Assembly (NCBI GenBank): GCA_964570515.1
Contig: CAZMYM010000002.1
Location: 89,045 to 153,044 of the forward strand
Reading direction: 5' to 3'
Length of the DNA: 64,000 nucleotides
From: an uncultured Thermotogae bacterium
Lineage (GTDB): Bacteria; Bipolaricaulota; Bipolaricaulia; UBA7950; UBA9294
Under the pieces are notes generated by a model that worked only from the letters and a program-made list of their open reading frames with translations, was not told the origin of the DNA and made no database searches. Numbering within the stretch: position 1 is the first letter of the stretch; every line of letters begins with the position of its first letter. Shown here piece after piece: positions 43,432 to 53,668 of the stretch. A program made the translations under genes and the position numbers.

Positions 43432-44826
43432 ATGACAACAGGCTCGGGCCGCTCGATCAGCCGCACCATGGCGCAGTTCGCGCTGTCGCTGACCTACGAT
43501 CGGATCCCGGAAGCCTCGCGCAAAGAGGCGAAGCGCTTCCTGCTCGACTCGGTCGGCTGCGCCCTCGCCGCCGTCGATCACGAGGACATGCGACAAGCGT
43601 ACGAGTTCGTCGCTGGGCTTGGCGGGATCGAGCAGGCGACGATTATCGGCCACGGGACAAAGACGAACCTCGGCAACGCCGCGCTGATGAACTCCTTGCT
43701 GATCCGGGCGATGGACTACAACGACATCTACTGGAAGCAGGACCCGTCGCACCCGTCGGACATCATCCCCGCCGCGCTCGCGCCGGCCGAGTACATGGGC
43801 CGCAGCGGGAAGGATCTTCTCGTCGGGATTCTGATCTGCTACGAACTCGAGATGCGCCTCTGTCTTGCGGCCGATCCGGGCGTTCGCGAGGTGGGCTGGC
43901 ATCACGCCACCCTGACGCAGTTCGTCAGCCCGCTCGTCGCAGCACGCATGCTTGGCCTGACCGAAAACCAGGCGGTCGCCGCCTGCGGGATCTCCGGATC
44001 GAGCCACTTCACTCTAGGGGGCGTCGTCGCCGGGCACCTGACGAACATGAAGAACACGGCCGATCCGATGGCGACCGAGGCCGGCGTCCGCGCCGCAATG
44101 CTCGCCGCCACCGGATACTCCGGGCCGGTCGAGCTGTTCGAAGGGAAGGAGGGCGTGTTCGAGGTCATCGGCAACGTGACATTCGACCCAGCGAAGATGC
44201 TCGACGGTCTCGGCAGCGAGTTCCTGATCACCGAGTGCGGCTACAAGGCCTTCCCGACCGAGGCGCTGACGCACCAACCGATCACGGCCGTCCTCGAGGT
44301 CATGAGCGCGAACAGCATCGATCCGCACAAGGTCACCGAAGTACTTATCCAGACGACGACCCGCGGAGCCGACATCCTCTCCGACCCGACGAAGTACGAG
44401 CCGCGGACGAAAGAGACCGCCGACCACAGTCTCCCGTACTGCGTCGCCGTCGCCGTCACCAAGGGGAACGTCCTCCCGTCCGACTTCGAAGAGGAAGCGC
44501 TCGCCGATCCGTTCGTCTGGGAGACGCTCCCCAAGATCAAGGTCGTCGCCGATCCGGAGATCGACGGGCTCTTCCCGGGGGTGAAGCGGGCCATTGTCAC
44601 GATCACGACCGAGGACGGCCAATCGCACACGGTCCAAGAGGATCACGCCAAGGGTCGCGCGGAGAATCCGCTGACCGACGAGGAACTGATCGCCAAGTTC
44701 CGCGCCAACGCATCGCACGCGATGACCGACGGGGCGATGGACAAGGTCATCGACGCGACGTTCGCGCTGGACGAGATCGACCACGTCGGTGAGTACACGA
44801 GACTTCTGATACGGGATCGCGGCTGA
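43432..44826 (+). CDS. MmgE/PrpD family protein (2-methylcitrate dehydratase-like)
   Basis: 465 aa from ATG 43432, 1 nt after the upstream stop. FALSLTYDRIPEASRKEAKRFLLDSVGCALAA is a typical PrpD N-terminus. Confidence 0.8.
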   Translation: MTTGSGRSISRTMAQFALSLTYDRIPEASRKEAKRFLLDSVGCALAAVDHEDMRQAYEFVAGLGGIEQATIIGHGTKTNLGNAALMNSLLIRAMDYNDIYWKQDPSHPSDIIPAALAPAEYMGRSGKDLLVGILICYELEMRLCLAADPGVREVGWHHATLTQFVSPLVAARMLGLTENQAVAACGISGSSHFTLGGVVAGHLTNMKNTADPMATEAGVRAAMLAATGYSGPVELFEGKEGVFEVIGNVTFDPAKMLDGLGSEFLITECGYKAFPTEALTHQPITAVLEVMSANSIDPHKVTEVLIQTTTRGADILSDPTKYEPRTKETADHSLPYCVAVAVTKGNVLPSDFEEEALADPFVWETLPKIKVVADPEIDGLFPGVKRAIVTITTEDGQSHTVQEDHAKGRAENPLTDEELIAKFRANASHAMTDGAMDKVIDATFALDEIDHVGEYTRLLIRDRG

Positions 44827-44890
44827 TTGCAGTGCCCTGCAATCAGCTAGCGGTTTCCCGCCCGGCCTTCGGGCGAGAAATGCGCTGGCA

Positions 44891-46009
44891 ATGAACGCCA
44901 CGAAGGTCGACGAGATCCGGAACAAGCTCCTCGGCTGGTACGCCGTTGAGGCGCGCGATCTCCCGTGGCGGAACACGCGGGACCCGTACGCGATCCTCGT
45001 GTCGGAGATCATGCTGCAGCAGACGCGTGTCGAGACCGTGCTGTCGTACTACGACCGCTTCCTCAACCGCTTCCCGACGATCGAGTCCCTAGCCACCGCT
45101 TCCCTCGACGACGTTTTGAAGGCGTGGGAGGGTCTCGGTTACTACCGCCGGGCACGGAACCTTCATCGGGCCGCCCGGATCGTCGTCGACGAACATGGAG
45201 GTCGACTCCCGCCCGCGGTCTCCGAGCTTCGAGCGCTTCCCGGCATCGGGCCCTACACGGGCGGCGCGATCGCCTCGATCGCGTTCGGACTCGATGAACC
45301 GGTTCTCGACGGAAACATCGTCCGTGTCCTCGCCCGTCTCTTCCGCATCGGCGGCGATCCGATCCGAGCCGCAACACGCAAGCGCCTTCTCCAAGAAGCG
45401 AAGCTTCTCACTGGCTTCGGCAAGGCCGCAGCCACTAACCAAGCGCTGATGGACCTCGGCGCCCGAATCTGCCGTTCGCGGTCGCCTCGATGTCACGAAT
45501 GTCCGCTCGGTGCAACGTGTGACGCACATCACACAGGAGAAGAGGTCGTCTACCCGCAGCGGCGAGCGCGCAAGGCGATCCCGCACGTCGTCGTCGTTGC
45601 CGGGATCATCTGGGATGGAGCGCCGTTCGCTCCGGATGCCCGGATGCTCATCGCCAAGCGGATGGAAGACGACATGCTCGGCGGAGTGTGGGAATTCCCA
45701 GGAGGACGCGTCGAGGAGGGCGAGTCACGCGAGGAGGCCCTGATCCGCGAATTGCGCGAAGAGCTGGCGATTGACGTGGACGTGATCGAGCCGCTGATGC
45801 AGCTCGATCACGCCTACACACACTTCCGAATGACGCTACACGCGTATCATTGCCGCCATACGGGCGGAGAACCCCAGACGATCGAGTGCGCGGACTGGAC
45901 TTGGGTCGGCCTGGACGAACTCGATGCCTTCGCGCTTTCCACCGCCGACCGCAAAATCATGGCTGCCCTACGGGCAGCTAGCGAGAAGGCGGGTGCTCAT
46001 CTTCGCTGA
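44891..46009 (+). CDS. mutY: A/G-specific adenine DNA glycosylase
   Basis: ILVSEIMLQQTRVETV (HhH-GPD), the 4Fe-4S cluster CRSRSPRCHECPLGATC, and a C-terminal NUDIX-like GGVWEFPGGRVEEGES. Confidence 0.9.
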   Translation: MNATKVDEIRNKLLGWYAVEARDLPWRNTRDPYAILVSEIMLQQTRVETVLSYYDRFLNRFPTIESLATASLDDVLKAWEGLGYYRRARNLHRAARIVVDEHGGRLPPAVSELRALPGIGPYTGGAIASIAFGLDEPVLDGNIVRVLARLFRIGGDPIRAATRKRLLQEAKLLTGFGKAAATNQALMDLGARICRSRSPRCHECPLGATCDAHHTGEEVVYPQRRARKAIPHVVVVAGIIWDGAPFAPDARMLIAKRMEDDMLGGVWEFPGGRVEEGESREEALIRELREELAIDVDVIEPLMQLDHAYTHFRMTLHAYHCRHTGGEPQTIECADWTWVGLDELDAFALSTADRKIMAALRAASEKAGAHLR

Positions 46010-46088
46010 GCAACCGCCTTCTCGTGTTGGTCCCAGGAGCACACTGTGCTTGGTCACGAACCAGGGGAAGGCGAAGCCTTCTCGTGAG

Positions 46089-46117
46089 CTTCTAGGTTGC
46101 CTATGGCGACCTAGAAG
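46089..46117. terminator. 9-bp stem-loop between convergent mutY and the envelope gene
   Basis: CTTCTAGGT-11 nt-ACCTAGAAG. The right arm includes the stop codon of the 46111-46716 gene. Confidence 0.35.
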
Positions 46118-46716
46118 CCAATCTCAATTGCCAGGCCGAAGCTGAACAACGGGTTCCGGTAGTCGATCATCAAGATGAGCGCCGCCGTGTCCGAGATCGC
46201 AAGTCTCAACCCACCGGCGATGTGGTGCCAAACGGCGAACTCGCCCGTCTCGAGCGGGATCGTCGGTTGATACACCAGAAACAGCGGCAGCGTCGAGTTG
46301 ATGTTGAAGAGAACCTCGCCGAACAGTCCCCAGTTGAGGAACTCGACGCCGTACCCGGCCCCGAAGCCCATTGCCAGCGAGAAGGTCTCCGGATCGTCGA
46401 TGACCGAGAACTTCAGGTCGGCTTTCGCTCCCATCCACCCGAAGTCGCCGGTCGACAGCGGGACTAACGCCCCGGTCTGCATCCCGAGATCGATCTTGTC
46501 CGAGAGCCCGAACGCCAATCTCGCTTGCGGCGTGAGATTCCAGTTCGGATCGCCGTCCTGGATCACGTCCATCAACCCCGTACCCAAGGTGATCGCAGCG
46601 TTTCCGGCCCCGATCATCTTCGCGGTCTGGAACAGGTTGAACAGGCAGCCGGTGGACATCACGAGAACGCCCGCCAACAACCCCACGACCATCAGGATTC
46701 GTACTCTCTTGCGCAT
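46111..46716 (-). CDS. Putative envelope (lipo)protein, beta-rich, C-terminal Phe
   Basis: 201 aa. N-terminal signal sequence with Cys (VMSTGC), Gly/aromatic alternation, and a ...LAIEIGF end as in outer-membrane beta-barrels. Confidence 0.5.
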   Translation of the reverse strand: MRKRVRILMVVGLLAGVLVMSTGCLFNLFQTAKMIGAGNAAITLGTGLMDVIQDGDPNWNLTPQARLAFGLSDKIDLGMQTGALVPLSTGDFGWMGAKADLKFSVIDDPETFSLAMGFGAGYGVEFLNWGLFGEVLFNINSTLPLFLVYQPTIPLETGEFAVWHHIAGGLRLAISDTAALILMIDYRNPLFSFGLAIEIGF

Positions 46717-46900
46717 AGTGCCCCCCTCAGGACTCGAAGTACATCAGAACACTCTGCCGGAAAGGGAATCCGGCTGTCAAGCCCAACGGCGCGGTCCCGC
46801 CAAGCGCCGCCCGTAGCGCTGCCCGATGGGAGGACCTGTTTGCCCGCCCCAAGGACGGATGCTATGATCGATGCGAACTCTGGTTTGGGGGGACACAGCG

Positions 46901-47656
46901 ATGGCCGGCCATTCGAAGTGGGCAAACACCAAATACCGCAAGGAGCGGCAAGATAAGAAGCGCTCCAACGTGTTCGCCAAGCTGATCAAGGAGATTACGT
47001 TGCAGGCGCGCAGCGGCGATCCGAACCCGGGCAACAACGCCGGACTCGCCCAGGCTCTCGAGCGGGCCAAGGCCGCCAATCTGCCCAAAGACAGCATCAA
47101 TAGGGCGATCAAACGCGCCACGGGGGACCTCGAGGGCGTATCGTACGAAGAGGGGACCTACGAGGGGTACGCGACCGACGGTGTCGCCGTTCTGGTCCGC
47201 GTGGTCACGGATAACCGAAACCGTGCCTCGGCGGGCGTTCGCCACATCTTCAGCAAGCACGGCGGAAGCATGGCCGCCGCAGGCAGCGTAGCCTGGCAGT
47301 TCGAGCGGCGGGGTGTCGTCGTCCTCGAAGACCTTCCTGACGACATCGATCGCGACGACCTGCTGATGTCACTGATCGACGCCGGCGCCGTCGATCTTGA
47401 CGACCAGGGGGAGACGATCGAGATCACGTGCGAGCCGACCGATCTACCGAAGCTCGGAAGTGCGGTCCGAGAGCGCGGCCTCGACCCGATTCGAGCCGAA
47501 GTGACGATGCTGCCCAAGTCCACAGTTCACGTGGAGGAAAATTCGGCGGGAAAGGTCCTGAGGTTGATCGAGGCCCTCGACGAGAACGAGGACGTACAGG
47601 AGGTCTTCGCGAATTTCGATGTCGACGACGAAGTGCTGGAACGACTGAGCGAGTAG
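46901..47656 (+). CDS. yebC: YebC/PmpR family DNA-binding transcriptional regulator
   Basis: MAGHSKWANTKYRKERQDKKRS N-terminus. 251 aa from ATG 46901. Confidence 0.9.
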   Translation: MAGHSKWANTKYRKERQDKKRSNVFAKLIKEITLQARSGDPNPGNNAGLAQALERAKAANLPKDSINRAIKRATGDLEGVSYEEGTYEGYATDGVAVLVRVVTDNRNRASAGVRHIFSKHGGSMAAAGSVAWQFERRGVVVLEDLPDDIDRDDLLMSLIDAGAVDLDDQGETIEITCEPTDLPKLGSAVRERGLDPIRAEVTMLPKSTVHVEENSAGKVLRLIEALDENEDVQEVFANFDVDDEVLERLSE

Positions 47657-47676
47657 CTGAACGAAAGGAGCGGAGG

Positions 47677-48579
47677 ATGAAGAGATATCGGTGGGGTGCA
47701 ATCGCTGGGCTGGTGGGTCTCCTCGCCTGCGGATCACTTGCTGTGAGCGCAGAGACTGTCATTACGTCGGGCGGGTCAGTCCTTCAGGGAACGATCGAGT
47801 TCGGAATCCCAGCGGTCCTCAGCGTGACCTCAGCAACGGGCGATGTGTTCACCGTGCAACGGACGAATCTGAAATCGATCCGTTTCCCCGATGAGGAGGG
47901 CGCCGATCTCACGGTCGAGACGTTCGACGGGAACATCCTCATTGGCGCACTCGGTGGTGTGCCGGAGGTGATCGGTCTCAGAACAGCAAGTGGGGACGTG
48001 CAGTCGGTTAAGCTGTCGAGCATCGTCGAGATCCGGTTCGATGCTGCCGCTGCACCGCCGCCGGTCCAGTCTGCAGCTCCGGTCGCGCCGGCCCCGACCG
48101 CCGCGACCCCTGCGCCCGCGGCTCGCAACGTCGACAGCCTCGTCGCTGAGGTTGTAGGCATCCACGAGTCCGCGAGAGCCGGGGTCACCGTCGGACTCGA
48201 CACCGGATTGCAGCTTGGATTCACATCCAAGAGCGGACTGGGCATCCCCCGCTGGACGCTCGGGTTCGATTTCCTCTTCCTGGGACCGGTCTGGAGAAGC
48301 TACTTCGGACCATCCGTGAAGCGCGTCGAGGAAGCGGCTCTAGAACTTGCCACGGAGGATCCGTCTCTCGATCTCGAGGAGCTGACGGAGGCCGTGAGCA
48401 AAGAGGTAACGCCCTTCCTCCTCCCGTATCTGCACGTTGGCACGAACGCCCTCGTGATCCCCGACGTCGGCGGAGGCGTCATGCTCCGCTTGGGCAGGGC
48501 GATTTACATCGATCTCGGAGCCTCGATCGACATCCTCGGAACCATCTGGTATTCCGTCGGACTGCAGATCGTTCTCTGA
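47677..48579 (+). CDS. Hypothetical secreted/lipoprotein
   Basis: 300 aa from ATG 47677 after GGAGCGGAGG. Signal sequence with LLAC|GS, a Pro/Ala-rich linker and a Gly-rich C-terminal half. Confidence 0.5.
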   Translation: MKRYRWGAIAGLVGLLACGSLAVSAETVITSGGSVLQGTIEFGIPAVLSVTSATGDVFTVQRTNLKSIRFPDEEGADLTVETFDGNILIGALGGVPEVIGLRTASGDVQSVKLSSIVEIRFDAAAAPPPVQSAAPVAPAPTAATPAPAARNVDSLVAEVVGIHESARAGVTVGLDTGLQLGFTSKSGLGIPRWTLGFDFLFLGPVWRSYFGPSVKRVEEAALELATEDPSLDLEELTEAVSKEVTPFLLPYLHVGTNALVIPDVGGGVMLRLGRAIYIDLGASIDILGTIWYSVGLQIVL

Positions 48580-48608
48580 GGGGAATCAAGTTCGCTAAGG
48601 AGGAGAAG

Positions 48609-48971
48609 ATGAGGAAGGCAGTGGTGGTGGTTGTCGTGGCTCTCAGTCTGTTGTTCGTCGCTCTCGGAGCGATGGCGCAGGACAACGATGCTTGGATCCC
48701 GGGACTCGCTTCGTTCGTCCTCCCGGGGCTCGGGCAGCTGCTGAACGATGAAGTGGACAAGGCGATCATTCACTTCGGCGTGGATGTCGCCATCATTGCC
48801 GCCGGATACTACCTCGGGTTGATCGTCCCGTTCGTCGGCTTCTATGCGATCCCGGCGCTTCACCTCGGGTGGGCGCTGTTCAGCGGTTTCGATGCCTACA
48901 ACGTGGCAAAGGACACCGGCTTCTCGATCGGTTTCGTGGAGAACGGGATCGCGGCCTCGTACAGCTTCTAG
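48609..48971 (+). CDS. Small integral membrane protein
   Basis: 120 aa with a signal-like N-terminus and 2-3 hydrophobic spans. AGGAGGAG RBS. Confidence 0.5.
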   Translation: MRKAVVVVVVALSLLFVALGAMAQDNDAWIPGLASFVLPGLGQLLNDEVDKAIIHFGVDVAIIAAGYYLGLIVPFVGFYAIPALHLGWALFSGFDAYNVAKDTGFSIGFVENGIAASYSF

Positions 48972-48989
48972 GGGTCAATCCGGCGTAGG

Positions 48990-49895
48990 CTAAAGCAGAA
49001 CGAGAAGAATCGTCAGAGCGAGCGCCGTCACAACGGTCATGAACTGAAGAACGCCCCGGCCGGAAGCGGTCGGGGCGTTCTCTGTCTTCAGGAGATCGTT
49101 GGAGACGAGGTTCAGCTCTCCCGTCGCTTCGTCGATGTCAATGACCAAGCGACCCAGCCGTTCGCCGAACCTCCCGGACTGCACGACGAGGCTCTTCCCG
49201 ACGCGCACGGGCTCGTGCGTCTCCTCGTGTGAGTGGCCTGTGACGAAGACGTCGATCGACGGGACCTCGCGAACGATCCCGACCGCCTGCGCAACAGGAA
49301 TGTGACCGACGACGACGATGAGGTCGATCGGCTCGGCGATTGCCGCGATCTCCGCCTGGATTGCCCTCGCTGGCGCGATGTAGCGCAGCCAAGGGAAATC
49401 TGGATAGGGAATGTGATAGGCGGTGACCACACCGACGAGGAAGATCCTGATGCCGTCGACCGAGCGAACGACCGACGAGACGAAGGGGGGCGCGAAGCCG
49501 GGGGGCGCCTCCAGGTTGGCACAGAGAATCGAGAACGACGCACGCTCGGCAAGCTCGGCGAGTCGGTCCGATCCCCAGTAGAGCTCATGGTTTCCGATGG
49601 CCATCGCATCGTACCCGACGTCGTTCATCCACTGCACCATCTCGTCGGCGCCCCAGACCGCGGCCAAGGGCGTGCGGAAGTCCTGCCAAGCGTCTCCGCC
49701 GTCGACGAGAAGGATCGGCTCACCGCTGGCGCGCTCGTGTTCGATCATCCTGCGAATGGAGTCGAGGCGCGCGAACCGCAGATGCAGATCGTTCGTGTAG
49801 AGGATCTCCAGCGGCCGCGCGAGCCCGCTGACGCCGCCCGCAGCGAGCGCGATCCCTGCGAGGACGATCAACCCGAGGCGCGCGGCGCGGGTCAC
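48990..49895 (-). CDS. Calcineurin-like metallophosphoesterase (5'-nucleotidase-like), membrane anchored at both ends
   Basis: YTNDLH, VDGGDAWQ, AIGNHE, VVVGHIP and TGHSHEE motifs. GTG start at 49895 in a GTGA overlap with the upstream stop. The 508-aa track ORF is over-extended. Confidence 0.75.
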   Translation of the reverse strand: MTRAARLGLIVLAGIALAAGGVSGLARPLEILYTNDLHLRFARLDSIRRMIEHERASGEPILLVDGGDAWQDFRTPLAAVWGADEMVQWMNDVGYDAMAIGNHELYWGSDRLAELAERASFSILCANLEAPPGFAPPFVSSVVRSVDGIRIFLVGVVTAYHIPYPDFPWLRYIAPARAIQAEIAAIAEPIDLIVVVGHIPVAQAVGIVREVPSIDVFVTGHSHEETHEPVRVGKSLVVQSGRFGERLGRLVIDIDEATGELNLVSNDLLKTENAPTASGRGVLQFMTVVTALALTILLVLL

Positions 49896-50452
49896 AGGGT
49901 CCCTCCGACCGTGAGCCGGGCTCCGCCTGGCGTCACCAGGAGCGACGCGCCCCACAGGCGCGTCCGCCCGGGGTGAATCCGGAGACCGAGGATCGCACCG
50001 AGGGTGTCGTTTCGCTGCTCCAGCCCCAGCACGAGTGACATCGTCTGATGGAACGCGTGTTGCAGGTAGCCCCAACGAACGGTTTCGTCTCCCCACGTTC
50101 GCCCGTAGTTCACGTGCACGGGCCCGAGAAAGAGCGTGGAGATTAACGAGAGACGTTGCGAACTCAGGGCGACGACGACGTTCAACGGAAGGAGGTTCTT
50201 CACCACGAGCACGCGCGCTTCGAGATCGAACAGGTTCCGGGGGCTCGTCGAGGCCGACACGTCGATCCGCGGTGACAGGCTCCTCGTGATCGATCCCCGC
50301 CACCCCTGCAGCGACAGCTCGCACGCGAGCGAGGTTCTCCCGGCGTCGCCGCCCAAGATCGCCTCCGGCAGATCCCGGAACGCGACGTGAGGCGCCGCAG
50401 ATCCGCAGACAGACCACGAGAGCGCGAGGAGGATCACGAGTCCCATCTTCAT
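49892..50452 (-). CDS. Hypothetical secreted beta-rich protein
   Basis: 186 aa from ATG 50452. Signal peptide MKMGLVILLALSWSVCGSAA. Translationally coupled to the phosphoesterase. Confidence 0.5.
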   Translation of the reverse strand: MKMGLVILLALSWSVCGSAAPHVAFRDLPEAILGGDAGRTSLACELSLQGWRGSITRSLSPRIDVSASTSPRNLFDLEARVLVVKNLLPLNVVVALSSQRLSLISTLFLGPVHVNYGRTWGDETVRWGYLQHAFHQTMSLVLGLEQRNDTLGAILGLRIHPGRTRLWGASLLVTPGGARLTVGGTL

Positions 50453-50527
50453 GACGCACCAGAGTACTCGACCTGGCGGATGTCGCCAATCGTTGATTTC
50501 CTCCGAGAGGAACCACACAATCGCTTC

Positions 50528-51913
50528 ATGCTCTTGAAAGCCGTGAAGGAGACCCTTCGGACGCACGAGATGCTCGATCCGGACGACCGCGTTCTCGTCG
50601 CCGTCTCCGGGGGGATCGATTCGATCGTCTTGCTTCACGTTTTGCGACTGCTGTCGGACGATCTCCGCCTGTCGCTGGTGATCGCGCATCTCAATCACGG
50701 ATGGCGCGGGGACACGTCAGACGACGACGCGCGATTCGTGGCGTCGCTCGCGCAAGAGGCCGGACTCGAGATCTTGACCGAACGAATCGACGCCGCCGAA
50801 CTCGACGTCCATCGCAGCCGAGGGTCGGAGGGGGCCGCCCGCGAAGTGAGGCGTCGCTTCCTCGCGGAGGCCGCCGACGCCGTCGCCGCAACGCGGATCG
50901 CGCTCGGACACACGGCGAACGACCGGGCGGAGACGATCCTGTTCAATCTGACGCGCGGCACGGGTTCCGCCGGCTTGGCCGGGATCGACCCGATCAACGA
51001 GCGGATCGTCCGGCCGCTGATTGCCGTGACGCGGGACGACGTGCGAGCCTATGCGCAGGACAACAACCTTGTCTGGAGGGAGGATGCCACCAACGAGGAT
51101 CTCGCCTTCGCGCGCAATCGCATCCGCCACCGCGTCTTGCCCGAGCTGGAGCAGGTCAATGCGCGTGCCGTAGAGGCGATCTGTCGAGCCGGGGATCTCG
51201 CTGCTGAGGCCCAGAGAGCCGAAGCGTTCCTCGTGTCAGCTCTCTGGGAAGACGTGGCGCTGTTCGAAGAACCTGGGGAAGTTCGCTTTCGCCGTCCAGA
51301 GTTCGCCGAGCTGCCGCTGGAAGTCCAATGTCTCGTTCTTCGCGACGGCTTTCGCCGCGTTCGTGGAGATCTTGACGGAATCGAACGGTGCCACGCCCGC
51401 GCCGTCCTTGATCTCCTCGGGCGAGACGGGCACGGAGACGTCGATCTGCCCCGTGTGCACGTGCGGGTCGATCGCACCGCCGTCAGCCTCTCAGCCTCCC
51501 CGTTCCCGGCATCCACGGCGTGGGAGGCGGCGGTCGAGATCGGGTGCACGACGTTCGCCGAGCGCGGGTTCGCCCTCGATCTGAAACTCGTTGACCACGG
51601 ATCGAGCGACGGCGGCATCGCGTGTTCCGACCCTGCCATCGAGGCCGCCGACGCCGATCGGATCGCATTCCCCTTGCATGTCCGCAGTCGCCGCGTCGGC
51701 GATCGCTTCACCCCGCTGGGCATGGACCGACCGATCAAGTTGAAGGACTTCTTGATCAACGAGCGCGTCCCGTTCTTCACGCGAGACAACGTTCCACTCC
51801 TCTGTGACCGTGAGAAGATCCTTTGGGTCGTCGGCGTGAGGCTGTCGAACGAGATCCGTCTCGCCGAGGCGACGAGACGTCTACTCATCATGCGGATGGA
51901 GCGCGTCTCATGA
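50528..51913 (+). CDS. tilS: tRNA(Ile)-lysidine synthase
   Basis: PP-loop VAVSGGIDSIVLLHVL. The start is uncertain (50528 or about 50480). The stop overlaps the rseP ATG (ATGA). Confidence 0.85.
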   Translation: MLLKAVKETLRTHEMLDPDDRVLVAVSGGIDSIVLLHVLRLLSDDLRLSLVIAHLNHGWRGDTSDDDARFVASLAQEAGLEILTERIDAAELDVHRSRGSEGAAREVRRRFLAEAADAVAATRIALGHTANDRAETILFNLTRGTGSAGLAGIDPINERIVRPLIAVTRDDVRAYAQDNNLVWREDATNEDLAFARNRIRHRVLPELEQVNARAVEAICRAGDLAAEAQRAEAFLVSALWEDVALFEEPGEVRFRRPEFAELPLEVQCLVLRDGFRRVRGDLDGIERCHARAVLDLLGRDGHGDVDLPRVHVRVDRTAVSLSASPFPASTAWEAAVEIGCTTFAERGFALDLKLVDHGSSDGGIACSDPAIEAADADRIAFPLHVRSRRVGDRFTPLGMDRPIKLKDFLINERVPFFTRDNVPLLCDREKILWVVGVRLSNEIRLAEATRRLLIMRMERVS

Positions 51914-53202
51914 CCACGTTTCTCATCTTCGCCGGGTCGATTCTTCTGTTGATTGGGTTTCATGAGGCCGGGCATTTCGTTGCGGCCAAGGCGTTTGGCG
52001 TATACGTCATCGAATATGCCATCGGTTTCGGCCCGCGCCTGGCGACGGTGAAGGGCAAAGAGACGCGCTATTCGCTCCGCGCGATCCCCTTCGGCGGCTA
52101 CGTCCGGATGGCAGGGGAGGATCGACGCGAGGACGGCAACGAGATTCCCGCCGATCGCCTTCTCTATCGGAGGCCGCCCCTTGTACGTGCCGTCATCAGC
52201 CTCGCCGGCCCGACCGTGAACCTATTGCTCGCTCTCGTCGTGACGATCGCCGTGATCTGGTCCTACAACTTCCCGATCCTTCAGGTCGCGGGCGTCATCC
52301 CGGACGCTCCAGCCGCCAGCGTCCTCGTACCCGGCGACAGGGTTCTGGCGATCGATGGGCGCGACATTTACATTGTGGATCAGATCATCGATGCGATTCA
52401 GCACTCGCGGGGAGAGGAACTGGCCATCGACATCCGCCGCGAGGGCACGAGGGAGACGATTCCCCTCCGACCGGATTACGTCGAAGAGGAGGCTCGCTAC
52501 GTCGTCGGTGCGTACTTCCAGGGGATCACGTTCACCAACGAACTTGTCGCCCTCGATCCTGATTCGTCCCTCGCAGGCCTCGGCCTCAGAAACGGCGATC
52601 TCCTGACGGCCGTCGATGGAAAGGAGACGACGACTGCCGTCGCACTGGTGGTCGAGCTTGAGTCCCAAACCGGCTCGGCCTCTCTGTCCGTGCGCCGAGG
52701 TGGCGAACTGCTCGACGTCTCGATCGTTGATGCACCCGCGTTCGCGCAGGAGCTTCTCCAGACCCTGCCGTTCGCCGATCTTGGCGTTGCCTATCGCCAC
52801 ACCGGATTCGCTGCAGGCGTCGCCCTCGGCTCGGGGCAGTTCGCGGAGTATGTCGTAATGATGGGTGACGTGGTCGGCGGGATCGTCAGCGGGCGCGTCG
52901 CGGCGGGCGACGCCCTTCAGGGGCCGGTCGGCGTGGCGCGCACGCTCGGCGAGGGATTCCGCCTCGGCCCCGCCGTCTTCTTCCAGCTCCTGGCGTTCCT
53001 CAGCCTGAACTTCGGCCTGCTGAATCTGATTCCGTTCCCCGGCCTCGACGGAAGCCGCGTCGCGTTCGCGCTCTACGAACGGATTCGGGGTCGGCCGATC
53101 CCGGTCGAGCGCGAGGGCCTCATCCACACCATCGGCTTCCTCGTCTTGATCGCCGTGATGGTCCTGATTACATACAAGGATCTGCTAGCGCTCTTCCGAT
53201 GA
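51910..53202 (+). CDS. rseP: RIP site-2 metalloprotease RseP
   Basis: HEAGHFVAAK zinc motif, a PDZ region, and NLIPFPGLDGSRV. 430 aa. Confidence 0.9.
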   Translation: MTTFLIFAGSILLLIGFHEAGHFVAAKAFGVYVIEYAIGFGPRLATVKGKETRYSLRAIPFGGYVRMAGEDRREDGNEIPADRLLYRRPPLVRAVISLAGPTVNLLLALVVTIAVIWSYNFPILQVAGVIPDAPAASVLVPGDRVLAIDGRDIYIVDQIIDAIQHSRGEELAIDIRREGTRETIPLRPDYVEEEARYVVGAYFQGITFTNELVALDPDSSLAGLGLRNGDLLTAVDGKETTTAVALVVELESQTGSASLSVRRGGELLDVSIVDAPAFAQELLQTLPFADLGVAYRHTGFAAGVALGSGQFAEYVVMMGDVVGGIVSGRVAAGDALQGPVGVARTLGEGFRLGPAVFFQLLAFLSLNFGLLNLIPFPGLDGSRVAFALYERIRGRPIPVEREGLIHTIGFLVLIAVMVLITYKDLLALFR

Positions 53203-53668
53203 GACAGACGGCGATTGCGCCGATTCCCTCTTCCCTGCCGAGCGCCCCCATCCCTTCGCTTGTCGTCGCCTTGAGGCCGACGAGCTCACGGTCGATCCCG
53301 AGCACTTCCGACAGGCGATCGCGCATCTCCGCGAAGTGAGGCGTCAGCTTCGGACGCTCGGCGATGACCGTTGCGTCGATGTTCACCGAACGGAAGCCGG
53401 CGGCTTCGATCTTCCTCGCGACGTCGCACAGCAGCCGAAGGCTCGAGATCCCGCGATAGGTTTCGTCGGTATCCGGGAAGTGTGTTCCGATGTCGCCGAG
53501 GCCGGCCGCTCCGAGGAGGGCGTCGCAAATGGCGTGGGTCAGGACGTCGGCATCGGAATGACCGAGAAGGCCCCGGTCATGTGGCACGCTGACGCCACCC
53601 AGGACGAGCGGACGATCGAGGCCGAATCGGTGGAAGTCGATGCCGAGTCCGACGCGTTGGTCACGCAT
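53168..53668 (-). CDS. ispF: 2-C-methyl-D-erythritol 2,4-cyclodiphosphate synthase
   Basis: RVGLGIDFHRF...GHSDADVLTHAICDALLGAAGLGDIGTHFPDTD. The start was set at ATG 53668. The 3' end overlaps rseP convergently by 35 nt. Confidence 0.9.
   Translation of the reverse strand: MRDQRVGLGIDFHRFGLDRPLVLGGVSVPHDRGLLGHSDADVLTHAICDALLGAAGLGDIGTHFPDTDETYRGISSLRLLCDVARKIEAAGFRSVNIDATVIAERPKLTPHFAEMRDRLSEVLGIDRELVGLKATTSEGMGALGREEGIGAIAVCLIGRALADPCM

Noticed and set aside
48990-50516. 508-aa ORF for the phosphoesterase
   Set aside because: The N-terminal 200 residues are Arg-rich and overlap a better ORF in another frame (49892-50452). A GTG at 49895 in a GTGA junction gives a normal-length enzyme with a TM anchor.
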